Below, piece by piece: positions 1 to 7,826 of a stretch of DNA of 50,145 nucleotides. The position numbers were made by a program, and so were the translations under genes. The notes under the pieces were generated by a model. It was not told where the DNA came from and ran no database searches. It worked only from the letters and a program-made list of their open reading frames with translations. How positions within the stretch are numbered: position 1 is the stretch's first letter; each line of letters starts with the position of its first letter. The stretch comes from a virus: IMG/VR virus record IMGVR_UViG_3300047678_000278, positions 1 through 50,145 of that record; one strand, written 5' to 3'.

Positions 1-127
1 AGTAGAGGAGTTCGTGTTTTTGTTTGGGGGAGTTGGGGTTGAACTCCGGGTCAGCAATGAGATAGCGGAGTCGTTCAATTTTCTCATCCGCGAGTTTGGT
101 GAGATCGATCTCGAATTTCTTCATGGT
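1..127. repeat. Terminal overlap, copy 1 (identical to 50019..50145)
   Basis: Base-by-base comparison: agtagaggagttcgtg...gaatttcttcatggt occurs at both window ends (127 nt). It lies inside a coding sequence. Confidence 0.95.
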
Positions 128-793
128 TTCGAGATTAACTCGCATACCGCAGGCAGACATTGCGAGTCCGACGACTGAACGGAAGTGACCATGTGTGAAG
201 TTGTGACGGGCTGGAGGATTCTCATTCAGCAGGTCAACCAACTTGAGTGTGTTGATCATGGTTTCTTTAGTGTCGTTCATGCCGTATTCACAATACTCCT
301 CAAAGTCTTCTGACTTACGACCAGCCTTCCAATACTGATAATCGTCGTTCAAGACTGAGGAAATAAAGTCAAGTGTCTTGGGTAGCTCCGGCCATAACGA
401 CCAGAACATAATCATTGTATCATACGCCCAGTTGTGGACAGGGAGTCCGTATCGCAGCAACCACATCAAATCATAGACGTAGTTCTGTCCGGTGAAGCGA
501 ATGCCGGATGCGTTGAGTCGGCGGTTGGCTTCATAGATTCGAAGGATGTTGCTGGGTGGTCCGGAAGTGATTGATTTGGAAGTTTGATATGGGAAACAGA
601 ATGAATACATCTCATCGCCGATGAGTCCCGTGTAGCAATTAACGGTCATGTAGAATGGCAGAGTCTTCCGTTTCTTTTGGAAAGGGAATGTCTCAATGTC
701 ATTCGATATTAAGTCGGATTGCATCAGGATTTCTTCGGCATTATCAATGTCGGAGTCAGTGAATACAATCGATCGGTGAACTTCTTTAATCAT
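1..793 (-). CDS. DNA polymerase family A, N-terminal part (exonuclease-like region); the ORF runs off the window edge and continues at 50018..48700
   Basis: Reverse-strand ATG at 793..791 follows GAGGGA. My translation is MIKEVHRSIVFTDSDIDNAEE...GQNYVYDLMWLLRYGLP (Exo II-like N..YD). It is in frame with MKKFEIDL at position 124, the first residue of track ORF 48700..50142. It is absent from the track because no stop lies inside the window. Confidence 0.85.
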   Translation of the reverse strand, partial: MIKEVHRSIVFTDSDIDNAEEILMQSDLISNDIETFPFQKKRKTLPFYMTVNCYTGLIGDEMYSFCFPYQTSKSITSGPPSNILRIYEANRRLNASGIRFTGQNYVYDLMWLLRYGLPVHNWAYDTMIMFWSLWPELPKTLDFISSVLNDDYQYWKAGRKSEDFEEYCEYGMNDTKETMINTLKLVDLLNENPPARHNFTHGHFRSVVGLAMSACGMRVNLETMKKFEIDLTKLADEKIERLRYLIADPEFNPNSPKQKHELLY

Positions 794-816
794 AATCCCT
801 CGTGATGGAGTAAGCA

Positions 817-847
817 GGGCCGGGAGTCCTCGTGAATCCCCCGGCCC
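817..847 (-). other. GC hairpin between the upstream gene and the polymerase gene
   Basis: gggccggg (817-824) pairs with cccggccc (840-847). No T-tract follows on the minus strand, so it may be an attenuator or RNA-stability element. Confidence 0.3.
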
Positions 848-869
848 CTAGCTGGCATCGAATGGTCCG

Positions 870-1298
870 CTATCCAATGCTGGCGTCTTCGATAACCCGG
901 AGTGCTGCCTTGACTGCGGCAATGCGACTCCGGATCAAATCGAGTTGTTTGCCGCCGCGCATGATGCCCGCGTCGGCAATTTGTCTGAGAGAGTCATACC
1001 GGTCGATCAGCCGATCCTGCTCCGTCGCCTCGTCTTCCAACCGCGTTGCGACCGACTGTAAGAATCCTTTGGTAAACCTATCAGACGGCCGCGTCATGTT
1101 GCTGTCGAGTGAGGCGAGTTCGTTCAGCGTTACGACAGCTGAGTCGAGCTCGTCCATCGCTCCCGAAGAGTGAACATCGAGATCGACACTGAGTTCTTCT
1201 GACTCCCTGGTCTTCTCGATTTCAGTCTTCAAAACTGCCTCGAAATCCGCCGCTATCAACGAAGCATCCGAGTCGTGATCATTGGCAGCCTTCGCCAT
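870..1298 (-). CDS. Hypothetical protein (142 aa)
   Basis: Track ORF 870..1400 trimmed to the internal Met (MAKAANDHDSD...). That ATG (1298..1296) overlaps the TGA of the upstream ORF as TGATG. Confidence 0.5.
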   Translation of the reverse strand: MAKAANDHDSDASLIAADFEAVLKTEIEKTRESEELSVDLDVHSSGAMDELDSAVVTLNELASLDSNMTRPSDRFTKGFLQSVATRLEDEATEQDRLIDRYDSLRQIADAGIMRGGKQLDLIRSRIAAVKAALRVIEDASIG

Positions 1299-1540
1299 CA
1301 CGCAGCAACCGTGACTTCTTCTTCGTTGATCCAGAGTTCCAGATCTTCGACCTGCTCCGCACCTGCCGCCGAGATGCCGATGACTGCGGTGATCTCGCAT
1401 TCAGCGCCGAGTCCCCATAGGGTAGCGTTGGAGGATTCGGGGAAGCCACGCACGCCCCCTTCCTCATCCGCCGATGGGGCAGGGAGTGCGGCAGCGCGAG
1501 TATCATTGCCGTCATAGTAAAGCACGAGATACTTCTTCAT
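1298..1540 (-). CDS. Hypothetical protein (80 aa)
   Basis: Track ORF MKKYLVLYYDGNDTRA.... Same strand as its neighbours and translationally coupled to the next gene. Confidence 0.45.
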   Translation of the reverse strand: MKKYLVLYYDGNDTRAAALPAPSADEEGGVRGFPESSNATLWGLGAECEITAVIGISAAGAEQVEDLELWINEEEVTVAA

Positions 1541-1549
1541 GGGATTTTC

Positions 1550-2152
1550 CTAACTGATTCGCTTGAGGATTCTACCTGCTTTATTCAAGTCCATCTGAAG
1601 AGTGAACCGGCCATATGGAATCGAGAGCGGTTCAATCCAGATGTCAGTGTTTTCGTTGTCTGTTTCATCACCTCCGTGTTCTTCTTCCCATTCGTTCTTG
1701 TCTGTGAATCCTTCGTTCAACCGCGCAATATCTTTCTCGCGCTTGTTGGCATACCATGCGGACATGCCGAAGAGAATCACAGTATGAACTCCGTGGAGAA
1801 GATAGTGTCCACCACGGAGATTGTCGAGCGTGGATTGATCCCAGTCGGGATTGAATAAGAAGAGCAAAGCAGGGTCAGCACAGAGGCAGAGATCAGGCCT
1901 GAGGGAATCGACTTGCGTCTTCGTCCAGTCTGTGAGAACTTTGAGTACTGCTTTATTCTCGCTATTAAATCCCGGCGATTTGCGATTGCCTTTCTGAATC
2001 AACAGCGGCATCCTATCGCCGAACATACGGTATGCAGAACGACGGTAGATTGTGGTTGTGCTGAGTCCGGCTTTTAGCAACAACGCAGTCCAATACGGTT
2101 CGTATCCGGAAGTGATGCCGAGTTTGTCTTCGAAGAGAAGAATCTTAGGCAT
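1550..2152 (-). CDS. Hypothetical protein (200 aa)
   Basis: Track ORF with an acidic tract EWEEEHGGDETDNEN. Local GC is lower (about 45-50% by hand count on two lines). No motif recognised with confidence. Confidence 0.55.
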   Translation of the reverse strand: MPKILLFEDKLGITSGYEPYWTALLLKAGLSTTTIYRRSAYRMFGDRMPLLIQKGNRKSPGFNSENKAVLKVLTDWTKTQVDSLRPDLCLCADPALLFLFNPDWDQSTLDNLRGGHYLLHGVHTVILFGMSAWYANKREKDIARLNEGFTDKNEWEEEHGGDETDNENTDIWIEPLSIPYGRFTLQMDLNKAGRILKRIS

Positions 2153-2576
2153 GTTCTACCGGAAGATTATCGAGGAATGCTGAGTATGTGCTGGCGAGGG
2201 AGAGCAGGACTTCCTCGTCTGCTGGCCATGGATTCTCTCTACCCATCCAATCTTTCCCAATCCATACTGCTTCGAAGCGATGAATCAAAGGACGCACAAC
2301 ATCCGCGGGAGGTAGCATCCAGCCTGCCGCGATCCCCTCGAATGTAATGTCGTGGATGAATTTGAATTCGCAGGTAGCATTGAACCTAGTCCAATCGTGA
2401 CGGTTTAGATTCAGATAACCGCATCTGTGTTTCGGCGCGGTGCCGGGCGAATGCCCCCCGGTCACAACATAGGTGCTTGATTCTTGATGCACATCAGTCA
2501 GCAGATACCACGACCTGTCCCCATCCACATGGAGACTCGTGGCTACTGCGCGATCATTCAGATTGAAAATAAACAT
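2145..2576 (-). CDS. Hypothetical protein (143 aa)
   Basis: Track ORF. AAGGGG precedes the ATG. It overlaps the next gene by 8 nt. Confidence 0.55.
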   Translation of the reverse strand: MFIFNLNDRAVATSLHVDGDRSWYLLTDVHQESSTYVVTGGHSPGTAPKHRCGYLNLNRHDWTRFNATCEFKFIHDITFEGIAAGWMLPPADVVRPLIHRFEAVWIGKDWMGRENPWPADEEVLLSLASTYSAFLDNLPVEHA

Positions 2577-2596
2577 CGTAACCCCTTTTGAAGACA

Positions 2597-2690
2597 GACT
2601 GGGTGGAGCCTTTGGGGGGGGGGGGGGGACCTTCTCGACTCCACCCAGTCCTACCTACCAGACCCTAGCTTGCGGCCGTGAGTCTGGTAG
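2597..2690 (-). terminator. Two tandem hairpins downstream of the SSB-like gene; one carries a 15-nt homopolymer in its loop
   Basis: gactgggtggag (2597-2608) pairs with ctccacccagtc (2639-2650); the 30-nt loop contains G15 (2614-2628). ctaccagac (2655-2663) pairs with gtctggtag (2682-2690). No clear U-tract. Confidence 0.35.
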
Positions 2691-2704
2691 GATTCAGTAG
2701 CCGA

Positions 2705-3217
2705 TCAGGCCGCCTTGTCGTCCTCGTCCTTCTGCGGGAGCCAGTCGAACGACGCATTGTTGTTGCCGTTCTTTCCGGTCCAGTGACGGACGCGAATGTC
2801 GAAGACGTGGCCGACAGCAGAGTCAGCCCAGCCGGGTTCCGCCCCTTCGACGGCGCCGAACGGACCGGTGAACGGGAGTCCGACCTGCTTATAGCGTCCC
2901 TGCAGAAGACCGACCAGAGTCGAGAAGTCGGTCGGCCATAGAGTGTAACGCTCGCGCATGTTCTTGCCGACGTGGGTCTCCGGGTCCTTCGACTTGTCGA
3001 GCGGCTTCGCGACGAGAATCTCGTACTGGTAGCCGACGAAGAACATCGGGGGCTTGTCGTCCTGGCCCTCGGTCTTCCCTGCCTTGACTTCGGTGCAGCG
3101 CACGGTGAAGATTCCGGCATCGGGCAGACGCGAGAGAAGGACGGTGGTCTCGTCGGTTGTGAGTGCCGCGAGATCGGCCAACGAAAACATGCTGGTTTCG
3201 GCGATCATTTCTGTCAT
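2705..3217 (-). CDS. Putative ssDNA-binding protein (DUF669-like), acidic C-terminus
   Basis: Track ORF. N-terminal pattern LPDAGIFTVRCTEVKAGKTEG...MFFVGYQYEI resembles DUF669 phage proteins. The tail is QKDEDDKAA. It sits beside an AAA_24-like ATPase, a common pairing. Confidence 0.4.
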   Translation of the reverse strand: MTEMIAETSMFSLADLAALTTDETTVLLSRLPDAGIFTVRCTEVKAGKTEGQDDKPPMFFVGYQYEILVAKPLDKSKDPETHVGKNMRERYTLWPTDFSTLVGLLQGRYKQVGLPFTGPFGAVEGAEPGWADSAVGHVFDIRVRHWTGKNGNNNASFDWLPQKDEDDKAA

Positions 3218-3263
3218 GTGTTTTGCTTTCGGTTTGATTGTTGATGATAGTGAGAGGCGAGAT

Positions 3264-4271
3264 TCACTTCTTCATGAATGCTGCCATTGGATTTGCTGGT
3301 TTGGATGGTAGGATTCCTGCGTCCGAAACACCAGCGGGCTTCGGAGCAACGGGTGTGGCAGGGCGTTCAGCTACGAACTCATCGTGTGTGAGGTAGCGAA
3401 TCCACTGCGATTCTGTGGAAGGGTCGTAGGGAGCGGGGCGGCCGAAAAGATTCGAAAAAGACATCTCTTCGATCGGACCTTTCTTGTTGATGGTACCACC
3501 GCTGACTCGTCCGTATTTCGTGGTGAAATCAAGATTGCGTTTGTCCGCGCGATCGATTTCTAACCAACCGATGTCGGTGAAGAACTTGCCGAGACTCCTG
3601 CCGTGTGGTTTGGAGGAAGAGAGAGGGACTTCGATGACTTCGCGAATTATCATCTCACCCTGCTTAACGGCTCCGAGTTTCATGTTGAGGGGTTTTTCGA
3701 GTTTCTCGAACGTGGTAGGGTGAGCCTGAACGATGGTGTGGAACTCGACTTTCTGGAGGATGGCGGCAAGAAGAGTCAACTTCAATCCAGCCACGCCATA
3801 GACTTGTTGTGACTTATTGTCAATCGCCATGTCTTCGAGTGCAGTCTTCTTATCCCCCGCGCCGATCTGCATTGCGTCAAGAGCGACGGCGGACCAGGAA
3901 TCGACCGACAGAATGATCTGTTTGGGGATGCGAGAAGGGTAGATTTGAACCAACTTATCACCCGATGAAGCGGTGCTGGAGGAGTACTCGGAATCCTTGG
4001 TCAGATTCCAACGGAAGACTGCTTTAGTCAACATCCCATCGAGGAAGTCTGCCGGGTGCTCCGTGCCGAAATAGAAGACACGATTCATTGCAGATTGATT
4101 CTTGAGCGCACGGCGGAGAGCGGAGAGTCCGTTGTCGGAGTCCACATATATCATCGGCCAGCCATCCTCGACGGCTTGAGCGCAGAAGGTGGATTTGCCT
4201 GACTTAGTTTCTCCTATGATGAGGAGATGGACTGGGTCGGCGGAGGCTGGAATCTCGGAGAGCTTGGTCAT
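3264..4271 (-). CDS. AAA_24/Sak4-like RecA-fold ATPase
   Basis: Track ORF. Walker A is LLIIGETKSGKST, followed by IYVDSDNG. Position matches a phage recombination/replication module. Confidence 0.6.
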   Translation of the reverse strand: MTKLSEIPASADPVHLLIIGETKSGKSTFCAQAVEDGWPMIYVDSDNGLSALRRALKNQSAMNRVFYFGTEHPADFLDGMLTKAVFRWNLTKDSEYSSSTASSGDKLVQIYPSRIPKQIILSVDSWSAVALDAMQIGAGDKKTALEDMAIDNKSQQVYGVAGLKLTLLAAILQKVEFHTIVQAHPTTFEKLEKPLNMKLGAVKQGEMIIREVIEVPLSSSKPHGRSLGKFFTDIGWLEIDRADKRNLDFTTKYGRVSGGTINKKGPIEEMSFSNLFGRPAPYDPSTESQWIRYLTHDEFVAERPATPVAPKPAGVSDAGILPSKPANPMAAFMKK

Positions 4272-4369
4272 AAGTAGTCATCCAGGCTGGAGTCATATTC
4301 GCCGCGCTCAACCGCAGCACGAATCAGTCCTTCAAGATCCTCTAGTTCATCGTCAGTGAAGTAACTCAT
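4268..4369 (-). CDS. Small acidic ORF (33 aa)
   Basis: My translation: MSYFTDDELEDLEGLIRAAVERGEYDSSLDDYL. Both ends overlap neighbouring genes as ATGA. It is below the track size cutoff. Confidence 0.35.
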   Translation of the reverse strand: MSYFTDDELEDLEGLIRAAVERGEYDSSLDDYL

Positions 4370-4740
4370 TGAATATTCACCCTGCCCTCTTCACGTGTGA
4401 CTAGATTATATGACCGCCCCCCGCTGTCAATCCATGCTTGGAGTCGATCATCCCACGGGAGCCCGGAGCAAAACGCCTCCTTTCTCACCGCCGGCAGGAA
4501 TGACATGAGAGTCCCGAGGTCTTCGAGAGAGTAGAGTTTAACGACTGACTCAGCAACCGCACGCAGATCGACGGTCTTGTCATCGCGTCCTTCGAGAGTG
4601 ATTTGCTCTGGGACCTTAGCGAGAATCCTGATCGCGAGCTTCGCGAAGTGGAAGGCGGCTGAGCACTCGACTGCGTGGGTGGCAGGGAATGAACCGTTGG
4701 GCTCGATGTGATCGGCGTAGATGAAGGGGGTGAGATTCAT
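4366..4740 (-). CDS. Hypothetical protein (124 aa)
   Basis: Track ORF 4366..4836 trimmed to MNLTPFIYADH.... That ATG (4740..4738) overlaps the TAA of the upstream ORF as TAATG. Confidence 0.5.
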   Translation of the reverse strand: MNLTPFIYADHIEPNGSFPATHAVECSAAFHFAKLAIRILAKVPEQITLEGRDDKTVDLRAVAESVVKLYSLEDLGTLMSFLPAVRKEAFCSGLPWDDRLQAWIDSGGRSYNLVTREEGRVNIQ

Positions 4741-4985
4741 TATATTAATCCCTTCTCTTCCGCGATCCATCTTTGAATCAGAATCGCCTTCCGATCTTCC
4801 CTGATCTCGCATTGAGCGCGAGGAATCCAGAACCACTTCAGCTTTCGTATACCGGCGAAGAAATCCTCGACTCCGGTGGTGATTGCAATGGCGCCCTTAT
4901 TGGGGTTGTCAGAAACGATTTCGCAATCGATCTCGATCTCGGAGTTGCCGTCGATGTAGTTACGTTTCACCGTCATCTCCTTCAA
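4740..4985 (-). CDS. Hypothetical protein (78-81 aa)
   Basis: The track ORF begins at TTG 4985. The first ATG is at 4976, directly after GAAGGAG, so the start is uncertain. Confidence 0.45.
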   Translation of the reverse strand: MKEMTVKRNYIDGNSEIEIDCEIVSDNPNKGAIAITTGVEDFFAGIRKLKWFWIPRAQCEIREDRKAILIQRWIAEEKGLI

Positions 4986-5045
4986 TCCACATCTCGTGGT
5001 GGATATTCGTATTGGCCGGTGGTTCAGTGCTCACTTTCGCCAACC

Positions 5046-5189
5046 CTAGCCAATGATTGTAGTAACCCAAACCAGACCGACTAAAGATAATGCTAAGACT
5101 CCGATAGCATACATCAGTAGCGTGATCAAACATGTGAGAGTCAAAAGACTCAACGAGAGAACTGCTCGCGTAGCGCGGAAGACGAACAT
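5046..5189 (-). CDS. Small hydrophobic membrane protein (47 aa)
   Basis: My codon-by-codon translation: MFVFRATRAVLSLSLLTLTCLITLLMYAIGVLALSLVGLVWVTTIIG. A strong SD precedes it (TAGGAGAACCGA then ATG). It competes with track ORF 4960..5229 in another frame, which has no SD. Confidence 0.45.
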   Translation of the reverse strand: MFVFRATRAVLSLSLLTLTCLITLLMYAIGVLALSLVGLVWVTTIIG

Positions 5190-5252
5190 TCGGTTCTCCT
5201 ACTAACCAGATGGGGCCGAGAGAACTCATTTTAAAGAATCAACGAGCGCCAT

Positions 5253-6227
5253 CTAAGCCTCTAACGTCCACACCGGCTCATACGTCCGATCGTATTGCTT
5301 GAATCTGCCAGTTGCCCGCTCGAACTCAAACCACCGCTTGATGAACGGCTTGTCTCTGCGATGGCAGATATCGAGGAATCCACATGGCGTATTCCAGAAC
5401 TCGCAGCCATGCTGCCGACGCGGCCAGTGTTCGGCCATCGCGTAGCGTTTCATGCGTTCGACTCGATCGAGCTTCGCCGTGATCTGATCCTGCATCTCCT
5501 CGTAATCGTAATGGTAGTCGAGGGGATAGACCTTGAGTTCGTACGGCGAGAACCAAGCGACGAGATAGGTGACATCGATGCCTTGAGTCTGCCATTCAAT
5601 CCCCAAAGCGTGGGAGAGGACGAGACCATAGTGACCACCTTGACCGGAGAATCGGAAGGCCGCATCGTGTGACGGTATTGATTTCTCGGTCGTTTTCAGA
5701 TCAACGACTTTGTAGTGACGAGTCTTTCGATGACGCAGGATGAAGTCAATCTTGCCTTGCGTGGCGATATAACCGAGACCGTCCTTGAGTGGAACGAGTC
5801 CGAGAGATGTGTGCACGATTCGATACGGCACTTCAATCGCAGGACCAAAACCTTCGATCTCCACCAACTCCCAGTCATTCCATATAAAATTTGATTTGAT
5901 CTCCTCCAGCATAAGGAGTGCGCTGCCGAGAGTGCGACTCCCGAGTGCGCGCTTGTCGAGGAGTCGCTTCTCCTCTTCCTCCCACGGCCAGAATTTGAGG
6001 AGAGTGTATTCACTGATTACATCTGCGCGTGTCTCCGACTTGCCTTCATGGAGGGCGCGAATCCATTCCTGGGTCGCCTCATGAAGAGCGGTGCCGACAT
6101 TCGCAGGATAGTTGTCACGTTCGTATTCCGGTGACTCAAGCCACACATGCAGGAACTCGAAGCGCCGAGGGCAGCTCTCGAATGTCCCGTCGATAGAGTG
6201 TGAAGTGATTAACTGTGGGACTGACAT
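5253..6227 (-). CDS. PD-(D/E)XK nuclease, Cas4/RecB-like, with a Cys cluster
   Basis: Track ORF trimmed to MSVPQLITSHSIDGTFESCPRRFEF. Nuclease motifs GKIDF...VVDLKTT and QGGHYGLV are present. The C-terminal cysteines CEFWNTPCGFLDIC plus the N-terminal Cys give the Cas4-type four-Cys pattern. Confidence 0.75.
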   Translation of the reverse strand: MSVPQLITSHSIDGTFESCPRRFEFLHVWLESPEYERDNYPANVGTALHEATQEWIRALHEGKSETRADVISEYTLLKFWPWEEEEKRLLDKRALGSRTLGSALLMLEEIKSNFIWNDWELVEIEGFGPAIEVPYRIVHTSLGLVPLKDGLGYIATQGKIDFILRHRKTRHYKVVDLKTTEKSIPSHDAAFRFSGQGGHYGLVLSHALGIEWQTQGIDVTYLVAWFSPYELKVYPLDYHYDYEEMQDQITAKLDRVERMKRYAMAEHWPRRQHGCEFWNTPCGFLDICHRRDKPFIKRWFEFERATGRFKQYDRTYEPVWTLEA

Positions 6228-6234
6228 ACTCAAC

Positions 6235-6801
6235 TCACTCAAACGCGCTAAAGTCAACATCGTCGAAGGCAGCAGCGATTTCCTTACCACCCTTCGAGGT
6301 GGCAGTGGATTTCTTGACTCGCTTCTCCGACTTCTCCTTACCGGTTGCCATTGCAGCGGCAGCATCGATTCGGATATGCCTAATGACAGCGATGATATTG
6401 TGGACGTCGCGGTCGATCAGAATCGAGTCAAGCTCCGGCTCTTCCTTCAGCTGGATCATGATCTCTTTGACGTAGTTGCGGGCGGAGTCGATTGTAGTGA
6501 TCGTGAGACCGAGATCGTCGGCGATGAGAGAGTCGAGCTTAGCCAGCCTACCGCGAAAATCCGGTTTCGGCTCCGCGTCCTTCAAAGCTTGAGTAGCGGT
6601 AGCTTGTTGAATCGCTTCATCCACTGTCTGCGGAGGAGCGGGTTTTGGTGGAACTTTGAGTCCAGCCTGCATCTCATGCATCTGAAGCAAAGGGTTCTTC
6701 TTCTTCTTCGGAAGCTGGGCAGTCGTAGGGACCGTCGGTTTCGACTCCGCTTGCGGTGAAGCTGGCTTGTATTTCGCGAGGAAGCTATCGAAAGAACTCA
6801 T
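6235..6801 (-). CDS. Hypothetical protein, Pro/Lys-rich N-terminus, acidic-aromatic C-terminal tail
   Basis: Track ORF ending ...EIAAAFDDVDFSAFE. ATGA overlap with the upstream gene. Confidence 0.55.
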   Translation of the reverse strand: MSSFDSFLAKYKPASPQAESKPTVPTTAQLPKKKKNPLLQMHEMQAGLKVPPKPAPPQTVDEAIQQATATQALKDAEPKPDFRGRLAKLDSLIADDLGLTITTIDSARNYVKEIMIQLKEEPELDSILIDRDVHNIIAVIRHIRIDAAAAMATGKEKSEKRVKKSTATSKGGKEIAAAFDDVDFSAFE

Positions 6802-7241
6802 TTGCGCACTCCCGGGAATGAATTGCCGATGGGGACATCGTTGAAATCGGAGAGCTGATTCCGTATCTTCTGCAACTCGGTGATGCGACGATGGAGGACT
6901 ACCGCCTCGCCTCGGATACCAGAGTCAGTGTAAGGGAACGGGTCGCTCTGCACGAAACCGTAATGGACAGGGGAGTCCTTCGGATACTTCTTCCGCTCTT
7001 TCGAGAGGGCGACTCGAATGCTGCGAGTGAATCGCTCCGCGCTGCCGGCCTCGGTAATGAGGATGACAGGGAGTTCCTGATTCTCTCTCCACAGATCCAG
7101 CAAAGAGCCGAGAGCCTGCCGAGTCGTGAATGGGTGCCGGAAGAGACTTAGGGTGCGAGGACGCATTGAACTGGATTCCTTCGGGGAAGACGTTTTTTCA
7201 CCACGGTCTTGAAATTTACCGTAATTCAAGGTTGTTGTCAA
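6798..7241 (-). CDS. Hypothetical protein (147 aa)
   Basis: Track ORF with 4-nt overlaps at both ends. Confidence 0.5.
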   Translation of the reverse strand: MTTTLNYGKFQDRGEKTSSPKESSSMRPRTLSLFRHPFTTRQALGSLLDLWRENQELPVILITEAGSAERFTRSIRVALSKERKKYPKDSPVHYGFVQSDPFPYTDSGIRGEAVVLHRRITELQKIRNQLSDFNDVPIGNSFPGVRK

Positions 7242-7528
7242 GAGTTATTTTCTGAGTCACTATTAAAGTTCAACCTGATTACATCATACATGAGAGGCGT
7301 GATGGAACGGATGAACGGGATTTGTTCGAGCTGTGAGTCATCTAACTTGGTCAACAGAATCATCTGACGACGCAAAACTTTGATGCAGGAGCCGTGGATG
7401 ATTAGAGTCGGGAAGCGCGTAGATTGGTAGAACGCGGTCTCCCACTGACGCTCATCATTCGTGAAGTTCGCATGGCTGTTGCCACAGATCGGGCACTGAA
7501 TGATGGGCATGGTGAAAAACCGAGTCAT
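7238..7528 (-). CDS. Hypothetical protein (96 aa) with a CPIC motif
   Basis: Track ORF 7238..7672 trimmed to MTRFFTMPIIQCPICGNSH, 7 nt after the stop of the HTH gene. Confidence 0.45.
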   Translation of the reverse strand: MTRFFTMPIIQCPICGNSHANFTNDERQWETAFYQSTRFPTLIIHGSCIKVLRRQMILLTKLDDSQLEQIPFIRSITPLMYDVIRLNFNSDSENNS

Positions 7529-7535
7529 TGGTAGC

Positions 7536-7808
7536 TCACCGTATCGGAGTGAGAGTGACTTCGACGCCGAGCCGTCCGAGAACCGACCATAGAGTCTTGT
7601 GACTCGGCCAGCGAGTATCGCCGGTAGCGAGGCGCTGAATCGTTGTTGGGGAAAGCTTGCAGTCCTCGGCAATAGTCTTGTAGGTGGAGCCGCAGGTGAG
7701 GAGTCGCTGGCGCACTTCGTTGATGAAGGCGTCGCGGGTGGTGAAAGAGTTCGGGCGGACGGACCGACCGGATGAGAATTGAACGATATCGGATGCTCTG
7801 CGAATCAT
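7536..7808 (-). CDS. Helix-turn-helix DNA-binding protein (XRE/Cro-like)
   Basis: Track ORF. STYKTIAEDCKLSPTTIQRLATGDTRWPSHKTLWSVL fits an HTH_XRE pattern. Confidence 0.6.
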   Translation of the reverse strand: MIRRASDIVQFSSGRSVRPNSFTTRDAFINEVRQRLLTCGSTYKTIAEDCKLSPTTIQRLATGDTRWPSHKTLWSVLGRLGVEVTLTPIR

Positions 7809-7826
7809 GGGGGTTCTCCTGTTGAA

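Noticed and set aside
832-1173. Plus-strand ORF of 113 aa.
   Set aside because: It lies opposite to the operon direction, and the minus-strand ORF 870..1298 is translationally coupled to its neighbours.
1550-2152. A possible uracil-DNA-glycosylase-fold protein next to the polymerase.
   Set aside because: I saw only a vague resemblance (LLFEDKLGI...). The family-4 signature motifs (GE.PG near the N-terminus, H.PS near the C-terminus) are absent.
1441-2580. A lower-GC two-gene stretch as a foreign island depleted in the enriched pentamer.
   Set aside because: GAGTC/GACTC is rarer there, but total GANTC stays about 3-fold enriched (mostly GAATC/GATTC). The shift simply follows the lower GC.
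4960-5229. Track ORF of 89 aa on the minus strand.
   Set aside because: It has no SD and overlaps the next gene by 26 nt. A better-supported hydrophobic ORF with a strong SD occupies another frame (5046..5189).
7536-7808. The HTH protein as a lysogeny repressor.
   Set aside because: I recognised no integrase, excisionase or partition gene anywhere, so it is more likely a lytic-cycle regulator.
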